Assembly: GCA_030704615.1 (NCBI GenBank)
Contig: CM060734.1
Coordinates: forward strand, 11,904,001-11,968,000
Source: Takakia lepidozioides
Lineage: Eukaryota; Plantae; Bryophyta
Length of the DNA: 64,000 nucleotides
Direction of reading: 5' to 3'
Made by a program: the position numbers and the translations under genes. This document shows, piece by piece, positions 49,901-62,160 of this stretch. Positions within the stretch are counted from its first letter, which is position 1. Each line of letters opens with the position of its first letter. The notes under the pieces were generated by a model, which did no database searches, was not told where the DNA came from, and worked only from the letters and a program-made list of their open reading frames with translations.

Positions 49901-52900
49901 GCAAAATGGACTGCTCCGGTATAAGCAAAAGCGTCTCTACGTGCCGAAAGGAGGGATCAGAGATAGCCTCTTGAGAGAATGCCATGATAGCCCGCTTGCG
50001 GGCCACGGCGGAGCCAAGCGCACTGCGGCACTCTTGAAGAAAGAGTATTTCTGGCCCAAACTGAGGGAGGAGGCAGAGGAGTATGTCAAGACATGCACCA
50101 CATGCCAACAAAACCGGAGCGAGTACAAAAAGCAAGCGGGGCTGTTACAACCCTTGCCGATTCCAGAGGGGACTTGGGAAAGCGTCTCGATGGATTTCAT
50201 GACTGCTATGTCGCTGTCAAAAGGATTCGATGCAATCATGGTGGTGGTGGATAGGTTCAGTAAAATGGGTCATTTCATCCCCACCAAGGAGACGGCAACG
50301 GCGCAGGAAACAGAGCGACTTTACTTCGCCCACATCTTAAAGCATCATGGAGTCCCGAAGGATATTGTCTTGGACCGCGATCCAAAGTTTACGAGTAAAT
50401 TTTGGAGGGCACTTTGGAAGAAGATGGGGACGAGGCTGAAGATGAGCACCGCCTTCCGACCTACGACCGACGGCCAAACAGAAAGAGTGAATTCCGTAGT
50501 GAAGCAGATCTTGCGGAATTACGTGTCGGCAGACCAAACAGACTGGGTGGAACACTTAGACGCGGCAGAGTTCTGTTATAATAACACAGAACACTCCGCA
50601 ACGGGAGTTTCCCCTTTTGTATTGGTCTATGGAAAAGCACCTCTGGTGCCGACAAGTTGGGCCGTCTAGGACGTTGAGGAACCGGCAGTAGCGGCGGTAC
50701 TAGAAGAACGCGAGCGTTTGTTGAAGCTCGTAAAGTACAACATTGCCAAAGCTAGGAAACGGTATGAAAGGCAGGCGAATCGGAAGCGGAGGGAAGTGAA
50801 GTTTGAGGCAGGCACGGAGGTCTGGTTGAACATCAAGAATTTCCGACTACCTCCGGAAGTGAGTCCGAAGTTCGTATCTCCGTATGCGGGCCCCTTTCGC
50901 ATTCGGAAGGTTATGAATGAGGATGTGTATGAATTGGAGCTGCCGGCAAACAGCAAGGTGCATCCAGTATTTCACGTCTCCCTTTTGAAGCCTTACTTCA
51001 AAGATGAAGTGCGTCCGAATCGGCATCAAGTGTTGTGTCCGCCACCTGTGCTGTTGGATCATGAAAATGAACCTGAGTACGAGGTGGAGGCAGTACTTAA
51101 GTTGAGGAGGTTCGAAAACCGAGAAACGAAGTATCTCGTCAAATGGAAGGGCTATCATCATGTGGAGACATCTTGGGTGCGTGCCTCAGAAATGGGAAAC
51201 GCATCCGAGGCGGTTGCAGTTTTCGAAGGGCGACCTCAAAAGCGGAAGAAGCATTGATGGGGACATCAACCTTGGAGCGTGGGGGAGGAAATGCATGCTT
51301 AGCCCGGCTTAGCTAGCTCAAGAATCCGATTGCAAAAACTTGTATTGTACAAAAATTTGTTATAAAGGAAATGGGTTCCAAATGTTGTGTGTCCTATTTT
51401 GTTTGGAATGGTGATGCATGGTGTGGTTGGCTAGTGTGTAAAATGCATGCTAGCTTACAAAAGTGGGAGAGGTAAATTGGGTTAATCGTGTGTTTGCGCA
51501 GTGCCGAAATCGGGTGACTCCCATCCAAGGGGCAAGGAAAACATGCACCTTCTTTGGGAGTTCACGTGCTAGTGCGCACCTGGCGCGTGCGCGTACTATA
51601 ACTGCGCTACCGAGGTGGTTGTCTTGTAGTGCGGACTAACGCGGAAGCTATGTACTTCCGTTCACGTACTATAATCGTGTAGCCTCGGGACGAAGTCGTA
51701 GTGCGGCTTCAACGTGTTCCCGTACCTCAGGCCAACATTCCAAGACGGACCCAATTGTAGTGATTGGGGCGCACGGTTGGTTCAAGGTTATCTTCCTAGT
51801 CAAAAGGGGTTCGAGGTGAACCCTTACGCAAAGTGATGCCAAAAGCGGCATCAGGAGCGATCGCAAGCAATGTTGTTGCAGTAAGGCGATTCGATCCTTG
51901 GGGAGGATCATTCCTTGACCTTGAAGAAGGCCAAGAAGAGTGCACTGGGAGGAGCTTGAGAGGCTCCACCCTTGGCCGGGACTTGGAGGAAGTCGGCCGA
52001 ACTAGCTAGTGGAGAGTAGAGTCAAGTGTGGGGTTTGGTTCTTTGCCATGGGACGCCATGGTACGGAAACAAACTCCTTGATGTGGGACGCCACAACTTG
52101 GATGTTCGTTTCTACAAAATGGACAAGTCATGAGGACATCGACTCCCTGTTGGTAGGGGTGTGTGTCGCGGCCCTTTGCCTTGAGGGCAGGGGTCGGGAC
52201 ACATGAGGGGCTGCCCCTGTGGTGGGGGCAGCGGCAGTGATAGGTATGGGGGGCTGAAGCACCCTTGAGTGTCCAAGGCACTCAAGGAGGCGGAGGCGCT
52301 CACTAGGTGGAGCCCCGCACACCAGGTTGCGGTGGGGGTGGCTCCACAAGGGGTGGTGGTAGCTTAGCGGGACTTAGTGGGGGTGGCATAGGACTCACCA
52401 TGGGGGCGGAGACCTCGTGGTGGGAGTCGTGGGGAGTCTTGGGACTCATCACGGTCCATAGGGGCCGTGGTGAGTGGGCCAAGACTCACCGCGACTCATC
52501 ACCGGGAGTCGAGGGTCTTCATGGTGGTTCGCCATAAAATGGCATGGCTGGTTGTGAAACCCCCGCGGACAGCTACAGAAGTATATATATGGAGTAGTAA
52601 CCTCGAGAACGGTGCAAGCCCGTTGGTGACCAAAAACTAGTGAGTAAGCGAGCGAGCCGGAAAGCAACCAAAGAGTGGGGAGCTGTTCCGGACTACCAAC
52701 TGCCAAAGGGAATTCCCGCTGGTTCCAAATCGGTGGAGGGTTCCTTGGGAGAACAAAGGGGGGGACCGTTATGCCCCGGTGAGCAGCCGAAGCTCCAAGT
52801 TGGCCCGGCGGCCAGGTTGGGAGTCAGGCGTGCGCAAGTAAGCAAGTAACTATGACTTGAGGGGGGAGCTTACCGAAGTGAGGTGCGCGACAGATCTTGT

Positions 52901-54190
52901 CGATCTGCCGAAGGGAAAAAAACCAATTAGAGCGAAATGGGTATACAAGCAAAAAGAAGGGCTTGGAGGAGCTGCCCCTGTCCATAAAACTCGATTGGTG
53001 GCTAGGGGGTTCGAGCAGCGTCAAGGTGTGGATTTTCACTTTGCGCCTGCCATAAAGTGGAGCACCTTAAGAGCCTTAATCGCACTTGCAGCCCAAAACA
53101 AGTGGCCAATGTATCACCTCGACGTCATAACAGCCTTCCTGAACGAAGACCTCTTGGAAGAAGTGTTCATGACACATCCTGAAGGCTTCGTTTTTCATGG
53201 CAAAGAAAGCAAGGCGTGCAGGCTTAACAAGGCACTTTACGGGCTGAAACAAGCCCCCCGTGCCTGGTATGAAAAGATTGATGCCTATCTTAAATCCCAG
53301 GGTCTACAAAGAAGCAATGCAGATTATAATCTCTACTATTCGATTGAGGATGGAAAATCATAATCCTCGTGCTTTATGTAGATGATCTCCTTATCACGGG
53401 TGACAACACCGACAAGATAGAATGGATCCCACCACAACTGAGCAGGAGATTTGACATGACCAATATCGGTCATATGAATCACTACCTACGGATAGAATTT
53501 ATCTACCTTGACAGGGGGATATTCATGACTCAACGGGCATACACCCCACAAACCCTGGCACAATTCGGCATGACCAATTGTAATCCTGCCTCAACACCGA
53601 TGCTTGAAAATCTTAAGCTGGTAGCAGATATGGGAGCACCACTTGAGGTTGCGATGGAGTACCAAACCATCGTAGGCAAACTGATATATCTTACGAATAC
53701 GAGACTAGATATAACTTTTGCGGTGGGAGTCATCAGCCGATTCATGACAGCCCCTCATGAGCCTCACATGGCTGCTGCCAAACATGTCTTCAGGTATCTA
53801 AAGGGTACAGTCGAGTATGGATTGTTCTACGAATAAGGGGGAGAGACTGTGATATCTGGGTACACGGATGCAGACTGGGCTGGCGACTCAGATACTAGAA
53901 GGTCAACCACATGATACGTGTTTAGTCTCGGCAATGGCCCAGTCACATGGGCAAGCAAGAAACAACCAACAGTCTCTTGTTCATCGACCGAAGCCAAATA
54001 CCAAGCACTCACGGAGGGAACTAAAGAGTCTATTTGGCTGAATCGGCTCAACTCATAGCTACAGCAGACAAAGTACATCCCGGTAAAATTGTGGTGTGAC
54101 AACATGAGCAGCATCAAAATTGCTAAGAACCCGGTGTTTCATGGACGAACGAAACACATTGAAGTACAACATCACTTTGTACGTGAAAAC
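43906..54190 (+). mobile_element. Ty1/Copia body (zinc knuckle, protease, GAG-pre-integrase, integrase, RT, RNase H), decayed, interrupted by chromovirus copy 2; no 3' LTR
   Basis: CHKCGKTGHWARDC, WIVDSGASKH, LWHKRLGHLN, TPQQNGVAERKN, NNTWDL|VDLPKGKKPI, KALYGLKQAPRAW, LYVDDLLI, GYTDADWAG, RTKHIEVQHHFVRE. Confidence 0.95.
45915..52892 (+). mobile_element. Full-length Galadriel-like chromovirus, copy 2; LTRs 45915-46640 and 52164-52892
   Basis: Perfect TSD GATCT (45910-45914 and 52893-52897), PBS at 46643-46654, a 657-aa PR-RT-RH ORF (47712-49685), integrase and chromodomain. Only a few stops or indels. Confidence 0.97.
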
Positions 54191-55968
54191 TTTAGTAGAA
54201 AATAGCGGTAGTGTGGTGGTAAAGAGCAACCTATAATAAGCATGTGGTTTGGTGTTCAAATCCTACCAGGTAGTAATGTGTATTAATAATAAATATATAT
54301 TTTGTCTGGGGAGGGTCTATCCGGTTGAAGGTTGGAGTCAGTCCGCTCCCCAATTGGAGTCCGCTCGAAGGTCGCCAGTCCGCTTGCCAGTTTGCTCGCC
54401 AGCATACTGGCCAATCCTCTCGAAGGTTGGAGTCAATCTGCTGGAGGAGTTAGTTTCTTTGAGGATATGAAGAACCGGGACTTAGAAAAAATTCAGAATC
54501 CGGACCCGGTGAATAGGCGGTGGGTTTATCCCGTACTCGCGGGGCCCATAGGTGCATTGAAGACGCTAATATTAAAAAATGAGAGGCCAATTTGTCACTA
54601 CAAAGGACGGAAATATTCTTGAGACTCTCCCAAAAAAAAAAAAAAAAAAAAAAAGGCCAAATACGAGGGAAAAACTGCTTTTTTTGGCACCTATTTCTTA
54701 GTGGACATTTTTTTTTGTCCCCACTCTACACTTTATAATATGCAGATCTGGCGGTTGGATTTTGATGAAACTTTTTGTGGTAGGAGGTGGGTAGGTGGGA
54801 AGTAATTCCAACGGTCAGTTTTACAGGGACACAGAGAATCTCAACTAGAAGCATTGATATTTACCCCTTCAGTTTCTGGGTTGCTGAGATTGTCATTTGC
54901 ACCATGCGAGAGGGAGTCGAAGAAGAAGGCCCAGTTACTAGCCTATCTTTCTCTCGAAGCTCGGATCAGTCAGACTTGTAGAACTTGTAGCTAGTTCGTT
55001 GGACAGTTTCTCCAATCGAAACCGTTCAAGATTGTCAAGATCACAATATCTTACAATCATTTATTCTACGTCATGACAGTGTCATGAAGACACTGCAGTT
55101 ACTTGCAGACAATTGGTGCAAGTGGAATTCAGCACCTTGGTGGGTTGGTTTCATGATCTGACAGGAGAACAGCTGAACAGCAAGGAGGATTGCGGCGGAC
55201 TCTCGAGTATGTGGAATATGATCTAAGGATAGGTCTGCATGTCCAAACTTGGCCCGTCGTACATCATCCCTGACAGATCTCGTGTGAGAAAGTCCTTTTG
55301 TCCTTTGCCGGCGGTTCTAGTCGGTGGCCAACTTGACGCAAATGCTAAAATTGTAAACGCAACACCTCAGCCGAAAAAAGATTCATGGAAAGCAGGAAGT
55401 CAAAAGGCTGGCAGGCACCAGCTTTCCAGTGCAAGCTGTTTTTTCAATGGACCATATATAGCTGTGTACAATCTATCCCACATTACAAGCAGTGGCGGCT
55501 TGGTGAATTTGTGGGCAGGGAAACCCTAGCGCATTTGTCTTCGCTCATGCCGAACGCCGCAAGCATAGCTATATCCATATGGAGAAAGGATAAAACGAGA
55601 GAGTAGAGGAAGCTGCCTGGTACGATTGCCGCACTGTTGGACTAAGAATGTGTATTGCTTGAGCATGCAATACATAATGGGATCTGATCGCTGTAAAGGT
55701 AGCGTTGGACAGCTTGGAAGGTATGCGAACTTTGGAGATTAGAGACCCAGTGAAGAATCCCAGCCAGGACCGGGAAGCTGAGAAAGGCTACATATAGATA
55801 TATACCCTCGGTGAACCAAATAGTTTCGAAACAGTTTCATGAGAGGGCACCGAGCTGCTGATCGACTTTCCGTATCCCTCCCTTGATCACCGGAAACTGA
55901 GAGTCTCAATCCAAACTGTTCCATTTCGCTTGGTAGGAAGTCTACTCTTTGTTTGCAGCTCATATCAC

Positions 55969-56580
55969 ATGGCTCCCCTAAAAGCAAAGATAATTTTGGG
56001 TTCTGCATCAAAGGCAAGGCAGGCTATCTTGAAGGAAATGGGGTATGAGTTCGACATTGTCACAGCTGATATCGACGAGAAGGCAGTTCGAAGAGAGTCT
56101 CCAGAGGACCTTGTCATGGCGCTGGCAGAAGCTAAAGCGCAGGCTATTCTACCGAAACTTGCCAGTACTAAAACTGGGTTGGGCTCCCAGCCGGTGCTTC
56201 TGATTACTGCAGATCAGGTGGTAATCCACGAGGGCTTGATTCTTGAGAAGCCTCTTAATGCTGCTGAAGCGCGTCTATTCATCCAAGGGTATGCAAGGTC
56301 GCCGGGGAGTACCGTGGGGGCTGTTATGGTGACAAATCTGTCCACGGGCCTGACTGCCAGCGGCATCGCCCGAACAGAGGTGTATTTTCACCCGATCCCA
56401 GACCATGTCATCGATTCCCTCATTGAAGAAGGTGCAGTGTACAGAGCGGCTGGGGCTCTGCCGGTGGAGCATCCTCTTGTTTTGCCCCTCGTCGAAGCCA
56501 TGGTGGGCTCTCGTGATAGTGCAATGGGACTACCCATGAAGCTTACGTCATCTCTTATTGCTCGCGCTCTAGACATTTAG
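55969..56580 (+). CDS. Maf-family nucleoside triphosphate pyrophosphatase (7-methyl-GTP pyrophosphatase-like), 203 aa, no CDS introns
   Basis: KIILGSASKARQAILKEMGYEF...ADIDEKAVR...LAEAKA...LLITADQVV...LEKP...MGLP. The ORF is intact, with a likely 5'-UTR acceptor ctttgtttgcag ending at 55958. Confidence 0.93.
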   Translation: MAPLKAKIILGSASKARQAILKEMGYEFDIVTADIDEKAVRRESPEDLVMALAEAKAQAILPKLASTKTGLGSQPVLLITADQVVIHEGLILEKPLNAAEARLFIQGYARSPGSTVGAVMVTNLSTGLTASGIARTEVYFHPIPDHVIDSLIEEGAVYRAAGALPVEHPLVLPLVEAMVGSRDSAMGLPMKLTSSLIARALDI

Positions 56581-57253
56581 TATTTGAACCCTTCCCTTGA
56601 ATATTCTGTCTCTGACACGCACACGCAAGGGCGTCGTCTGATTTTTCGGAAATACCAGCGACCTTTATAATAAGTAGAGGGAGGAGAGGATGAGCACAGC
56701 CAGCTTGTTTTGTTCGAACCGATTCTGACAATTGGGACCAATTGACGGCAGAGTTCTGGACTATGATCTTTTGTATGTACATGGATATTCCTTGGGTAGA
56801 AATGGATCTCTTTCTACTAGATGAATCCATTGCGGATTGTTGCAGAGGTCATTCGTCTTTGTAGATGAGTAAACGAAGTGATGGTCAACACAGATAAGAA
56901 TGTTCAACATTTGACGTGCACATCAAAAGCTCATGGTTCAGAGATTGCATGTGCAATGAGTGCGTCAGAGTCAGCCATTCTTTTAGTGGCGAATAATCGC
57001 CAGATTTCGACCTCCCGCGGGTCTTGGCGACAGGGGTAAAAGGAAATGAGGCTGAAAAATCATCACTTTTCGCCAAAAGCTTATCTGTTGGGCCCACCAT
57101 TCACTAGAGGGGCCGCCACAGGGAGGCACATGGCGCCATACTGAGTGAAGACAGTTTACAGCAGAGGAGCCAGATCCCACCGACCACGTGCAGGACATCG
57201 CCGCATTCCCAGTGCGCGGGAGGATGTGGGGCCAGCTATGTTGCCCATTTTTG

Positions 57254-57278
57254 TATATATATATATATATATATATAT
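57254..57278. repeat. (AT)n microsatellite
   Basis: Directly visible. Confidence 0.95.
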
Positions 57279-58398
57279 GGGTAAGTATAGTATAGTCTTT
57301 ATAGATAGACTTTGTAGTAATACATTTGTAACATGTGTATGGGTAGCTTAGTGGTAGAGATTACCCTCCTAAGCCAACTGATTTGGTGTCCAATTCCTAA
57401 CACCTCAACGTTTTTTTTGATAGCAACCTGGTTTGGATGATAAAGTTCCTAAATATGAAAAAGGTGGCCGCGGAGGAGGGCAAAAGGGTGACTGCAGAGG
57501 AGGATGATAATCAAAAGGGTGGCAGAAGGTTACAAAAATGGAATGAGAATGTCATTTATTCATTGTTTTTGGGATGAAAGGACACATGTCAGCAAGTTTA
57601 GGACCTAAAAAACAAAAAGCCTAAAACACACATCTTCTTCCTTTCATTTTTTTCCTCCCATAAAACACAAAACTAAACATACTGACATATAATCTTCATT
57701 ACTGTTTACAAGCTTTGTGAGCCAAGTTACTTGGTAATTTTATTTGTATTTCCAAGAGCCTTGCAAACATTGATACTTCTTCTCTATGTGCCATGTAGCA
57801 TTAGGCAGGGTCTTTTTGTGCCAGGGTTGAAATATGCCACTTAGTGTAAATTGACTGAAATGCAATATAAGCCAATTTAAGGTTTTCTACTTATGAATGG
57901 TGGTTTAAATTTTTTTGGTGGTGTTTGGCATAATTTCTGCCTAGTCTCCAATGATGCCTAAACCCTCCAATTTGCTATGTCAATTCTGGGTTATTCGCCT
58001 CAACAAGTCTACTAGGTTTTAGGTTCATTCGCCCAATACCCATTCAAAAATCTCATATTATCGCCAGCCATTTCCACTACGCATTTTGTACAAGCGCCAA
58101 ACATGCTCCTCTAAGGTTCTAATGGATGCCACTTGTGCTACAATGTAAATACCTTAAAAGAAACGCTGGTCAGAGTAGGTTGTAACACTATCTACTTTTT
58201 CGCAGTGACATTTTCCTGTGCCTTTACTGCGCATTTTCTATCGAGCTGCACTGCTTCGACGATGGTAAGCACGCAACCTAGCACACAATTTCCTCTTCTC
58301 GAGCGTGATATCTACATGTGTCAACCTCACCACACTTCTTTCTTTTATTTTCTTCTACAGACGTATGATTATGAAAGATTTCCGAGAGCTATGTAGAC

Positions 58399-58401
<3 letters not shown>

Positions 58402-58435
<34 letters not shown>
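58402..58435. repeat. (CT)n microsatellite
   Basis: Directly visible. Confidence 0.95.
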
Positions 58436-58438
<3 letters not shown>

Positions 58439-59049
58439 AGATGGCAATTTCACTTCATAATCTGCATCATCTGCACTGTGCAGTCATATTTATATGGTTT
58501 TGGTTATATCACAAGGAACTTTTGGCGGATCCCCTGGGTGTGTTGCAGGGGAAGGGCCGATTTCCCCTGCAATCACAGAGGGGATCCTTGTTTCCCCTGT
58601 TTCCCAACCCTCACAGAGGGAAAATTGACAATGAATCGTGTCAGGGGATCCGTGTGTCAGGGGATCGGCGGGTGCGCGGGTCGCACCTTTTTTCTCGCAT
58701 TTTTTTTTTTATCTTTATTTATTTTCCTTTTTCTTCGTCTTTTTTTCTTTTCTTTTTTCTTTTTTCTCGTCTTTTTTAAAGCATCTTGTACCCCTCTTTC
58801 GATGAGGGGCAAGAGTAGATATGGAACATAGAATGTAGTGTTGTATTGCAAAGTTGATAGCAGTTGGTGAGAATTTAAGTTATGCAGAGTCCACCTCCGT
58901 CACCTCTCTCCAAAAAATACAACAAAAAACCAGAAAAAAAAAAAACTATCACAGATCGGACTGCCATTCATGCTCTTAACTTTCTTTGAAATTTTGAGAT
59001 TTGATCCATTGGTCAAATAATCATAAATGAGCAGCACAATCTCAGCTTA

Positions 59050-60300
59050 CCAACCAACAAAGCCCTTCCGTGTGAATACATGAATTGTGTGGTTCCAACC
59101 TTTTAATCCTTTTTAAAGGCAATGAACTGAAACAGTTTACCTTGTGAGAGTACATCTATCATGAAGTTCACAAGGCCCCTGAGCAACAGTTAGCTAAATT
59201 CTCCCATGGAAATTAATAGAAATAGTATTCAGTGCTTGGCCAACGTTGAAGTAAACTGGGGTCTTTTGCCAACCTGAGAAGTCTTGTAAGCAAATTGAAC
59301 AACAGCAAAGCCCCACAGCCCTCCATATGATGCCCCACTAATGAACCGTAGAACATGTGGCGCCCTAAGCTAATTCAACAAGGCTGTCACAGAAATGGTT
59401 ACCTCCAAGACAATCATGAACTTGGCCAAAGTTTCATAGCCCAACTTCCGCATGCCTTCATTGGCAGAGCTGATGGAAGCCAGGGCTATGGAAAGCAATC
59501 CTAGGGCGCACAAATTCGTCAGCATCAACGCACCCTATAGAGAAACATTGAATTGTTGCCACTTTGTTTGGGTCAGGCCTTACCCCTTCCTTGGAAACGA
59601 CATGTCCCAAGAAAACCAATTCCTGCCTGCCTAGTTCACATTTTCTGGGATTCAGCTTCAGATTTTACGATGCCCGAGTTTTTTGAGGATGACATCCAAG
59701 TGCTGCAAATGATCTTCCCATGTTGCACTGTGTATATTTATGTCATCAACATGCAAAAGTCTTTAACTCATCATGAAGTATGACGTTCATAGCCCTCTGG
59801 AAAGTTGTTGTGGCATTCTTCAAGCTGAGTGGCATGACCAGCCACTCAAACAATCCTCTCTTCGTGATTATGGCTGTCTTTTTGATGTCATCTTCTCTCA
59901 TTTTGATTTGCCAAAAGCCTGATTACAGATCCAGCGCAAAAAACCAGTGTGACTTGCCAAGTTGTTGCAAGACGTCTTGTATTGGTGGCATTGGATATGC
60001 ATCCTTCAGTGTGTGCAGATTGAGTGGCATGTAATCTCAACAAAACCTTTTGCTCCCATCTTTCTTGGGTGGCAAAGTAATTGGGCATGCATATTCAGAC
60101 TTGCTGATTCGCATTTTACCTTGTAAGATGAGTGCTTCAATCTGTTCTTGTACAAGGTTCTCCTCAGTTTCTTACAGTCTGTTCGCTGGCTTTCTGGTTG
60201 CAGAGAACCCTTGGGTGTTGATTTCGTGCTCCACGTCAGCACAATGGCCAAGGTCGGCTTTGTTCATGGCAAAGCTGTGATGATTCCTTCTGCATACTTC
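59050..60300 (-). mobile_element. Highly decayed Ty3/Gypsy RT remnant
   Basis: Minus-strand translation gives SKSEYACPITLPPKKDGSKRFC*DY.PLN, ALDL*SGFWQIKM, EWLVMPLSLKNATTTFQRAM, KLNPRKC and FLGHVVS. Confidence 0.8.
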
Positions 60301-60785
60301 CAGCAGTAGATGTGCTTTTCTCCTTTGTTGGTTGGTGACTTTGGTCCAGTCCTGAAACTCGTCATCGGACTCTGGATTCGTGTAGTATTCACCTTCCCAA
60401 GCCTCATGTAGGCCTCCTTCATCAGGTCATCAGTCATATCTTTGCGGCTGATTTCCTCATAAATCTCTGGGTATTTCTGATCCTGACTCTCATCCTCCCA
60501 GATGTCCAGGCATTTTAGATAATCTTCAATTGCCCCCTGATCTAAGTAGAGGATTCACACCAATGGAAGAGGATGGTCTGTCTGACTACATGTCAGATAT
60601 GGAGGATAGTGTGAGCTCTGTCTCGACAGAAAGCACGGATGAAGATCCAGACTAGGAAGAGGCACATGGCCTCCATTTGATCAAGAGCCATGATCTCTGT
60701 CTGGCCCTGTGGTCACCGGACAGAAAATTGTGGAATCAGATGCACCTTTTGTAAGCTACTAGGACACTTCAAATAGGACTGTAGG

Positions 60786-61720
60786 ATGAAAAAGGCGCAG
60801 GGGTCAACTGCATTGCCTTTTAATAGTTTGCTTGAGATTATGTGTGATGATGAGGAGGCGGTCTTGGAACAGTTGAATCAATTAATGGCGCATCACGATA
60901 TCAAAGAGATACGACAACTCCCTAAAGTAAGAACACCGGTGGTACCTCCAAATCAGAAGGGCGGTCCAAGTTCACAAGGTGAAGACATGGCAACAGCACA
61001 AGAGGAGCTTCCAGAGGAACAAACACGAGCCTCTAGTCAGTTTCTCTTCCCAAGAAGGTCTGAAAATTTTCCCGAGCTAGAGACAGGAAGATCTAAGATA
61101 TTAAACCATTTCTACAAATGGCACATATCCATGTCACCAATGGAGGTCATCATGCATGTACTGGGTGAGTTTGAGTAATTGAAAAGTTTGGTCAAGGTTG
61201 TGGAGAAGAGCAAATTCAATGCTTTTCCAGCCAACAGGGTTCAACATGAGTCCAAATTGGCACACGACACGAGTGACCCAGATCTGGAGGCAATATCATA
61301 TGCTTTCAGTGGCAAAGTGAAGGCTTTGCATGCTCTGGTTACGATTGGCAATTACCAAGTGATGGGCCAGATCGATACAGGGGCCATGATATCCGTGATA
61401 GCAGCAACCACATTAAGAGACTTGGGCTTAATGAGCTGTGTCACCATTGACAGGGACATGACATATCGGGTAGCTTCAGGTGCTGTTGAGACAACAATGG
61501 GGGTACTTGACAATTTGAAGGTTACAGTGGGAAAACTAACTAACAGGATCAGTTTTATGGTGGTGGACACTGACACATACAACATGCTGCTCGGACTAGA
61601 CTTCTTGAAGAAGTTCGGGGCAGCAGTGGATACGGAGACAGAGACACTGAGGGTCAGGTACGGACCTGGGCTCAATGTGGCTTACTTTCCACTCCACACC
61701 ATGAATCAATTGAAGCCAAC
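60786..61720 (+). mobile_element. Ty3/Gypsy gag-end/aspartic protease remnant
   Basis: QIDTGAMISVI...FMVVDTDTYNMLLGLDFLKKFGAAVD (retropepsin DTG and LLG.D motifs). Confidence 0.85.
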
Positions 61721-62160
61721 GATTGGCAACTTTTCAGCGTATGCCCCCTTCTTTTCAAAAAACTTGGTTAGCGTAACATTGAGAGCATCTAGGCATTTAT
61801 CTACTGGGCCAGTCACTAAGACCTCTTCCACGTCCTCTCCTTCCAAAGGTTCGAATGGTGTTTCCCCAATTTTGAACAGCCCTCTTTCCACTTGTATGGC
61901 GGTTTCGACCGCATCATCTACACTCTGAAATCTGGTTCCTAGCATAAGCTTCATAATCTCATGCCTAGAAGACCCCCCATAAACCTTCGACGTTGCTCTA
62001 GCTTAGGGCACTACAGAAGAGAAACGAACGAACAACAAGAGATAGCAATTAAGCAAGTTGCCAGGTCCAGTCTAGGTGTCGTGATGTTTTCTTGCTTCCA
62101 CTGCAGCTCATGTAGCATCGAAGCTGGACTGATGGCTTGTCTGATCAAGAGGAAGTGTTA
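61720..62160 (-). mobile_element. Probable retrotransposon gag remnant
   Basis: RRFMGGL...F.SVDDAVETAIQVE resembles a Ty3 capsid C-terminus. Confidence 0.5.

Noticed and set aside
45915-52892. Segmental duplication or assembly duplicate of 10131-17092
   Set aside because: The flanks and TSDs differ and each element has its own LTR variants.
57341-57418. Possible tRNA gene (TAGCTTAGTGGTAGAG...T-run)
   Set aside because: An A box is present but the B box is degenerate and no cloverleaf or TSD can be drawn. At most a SINE-like relic.
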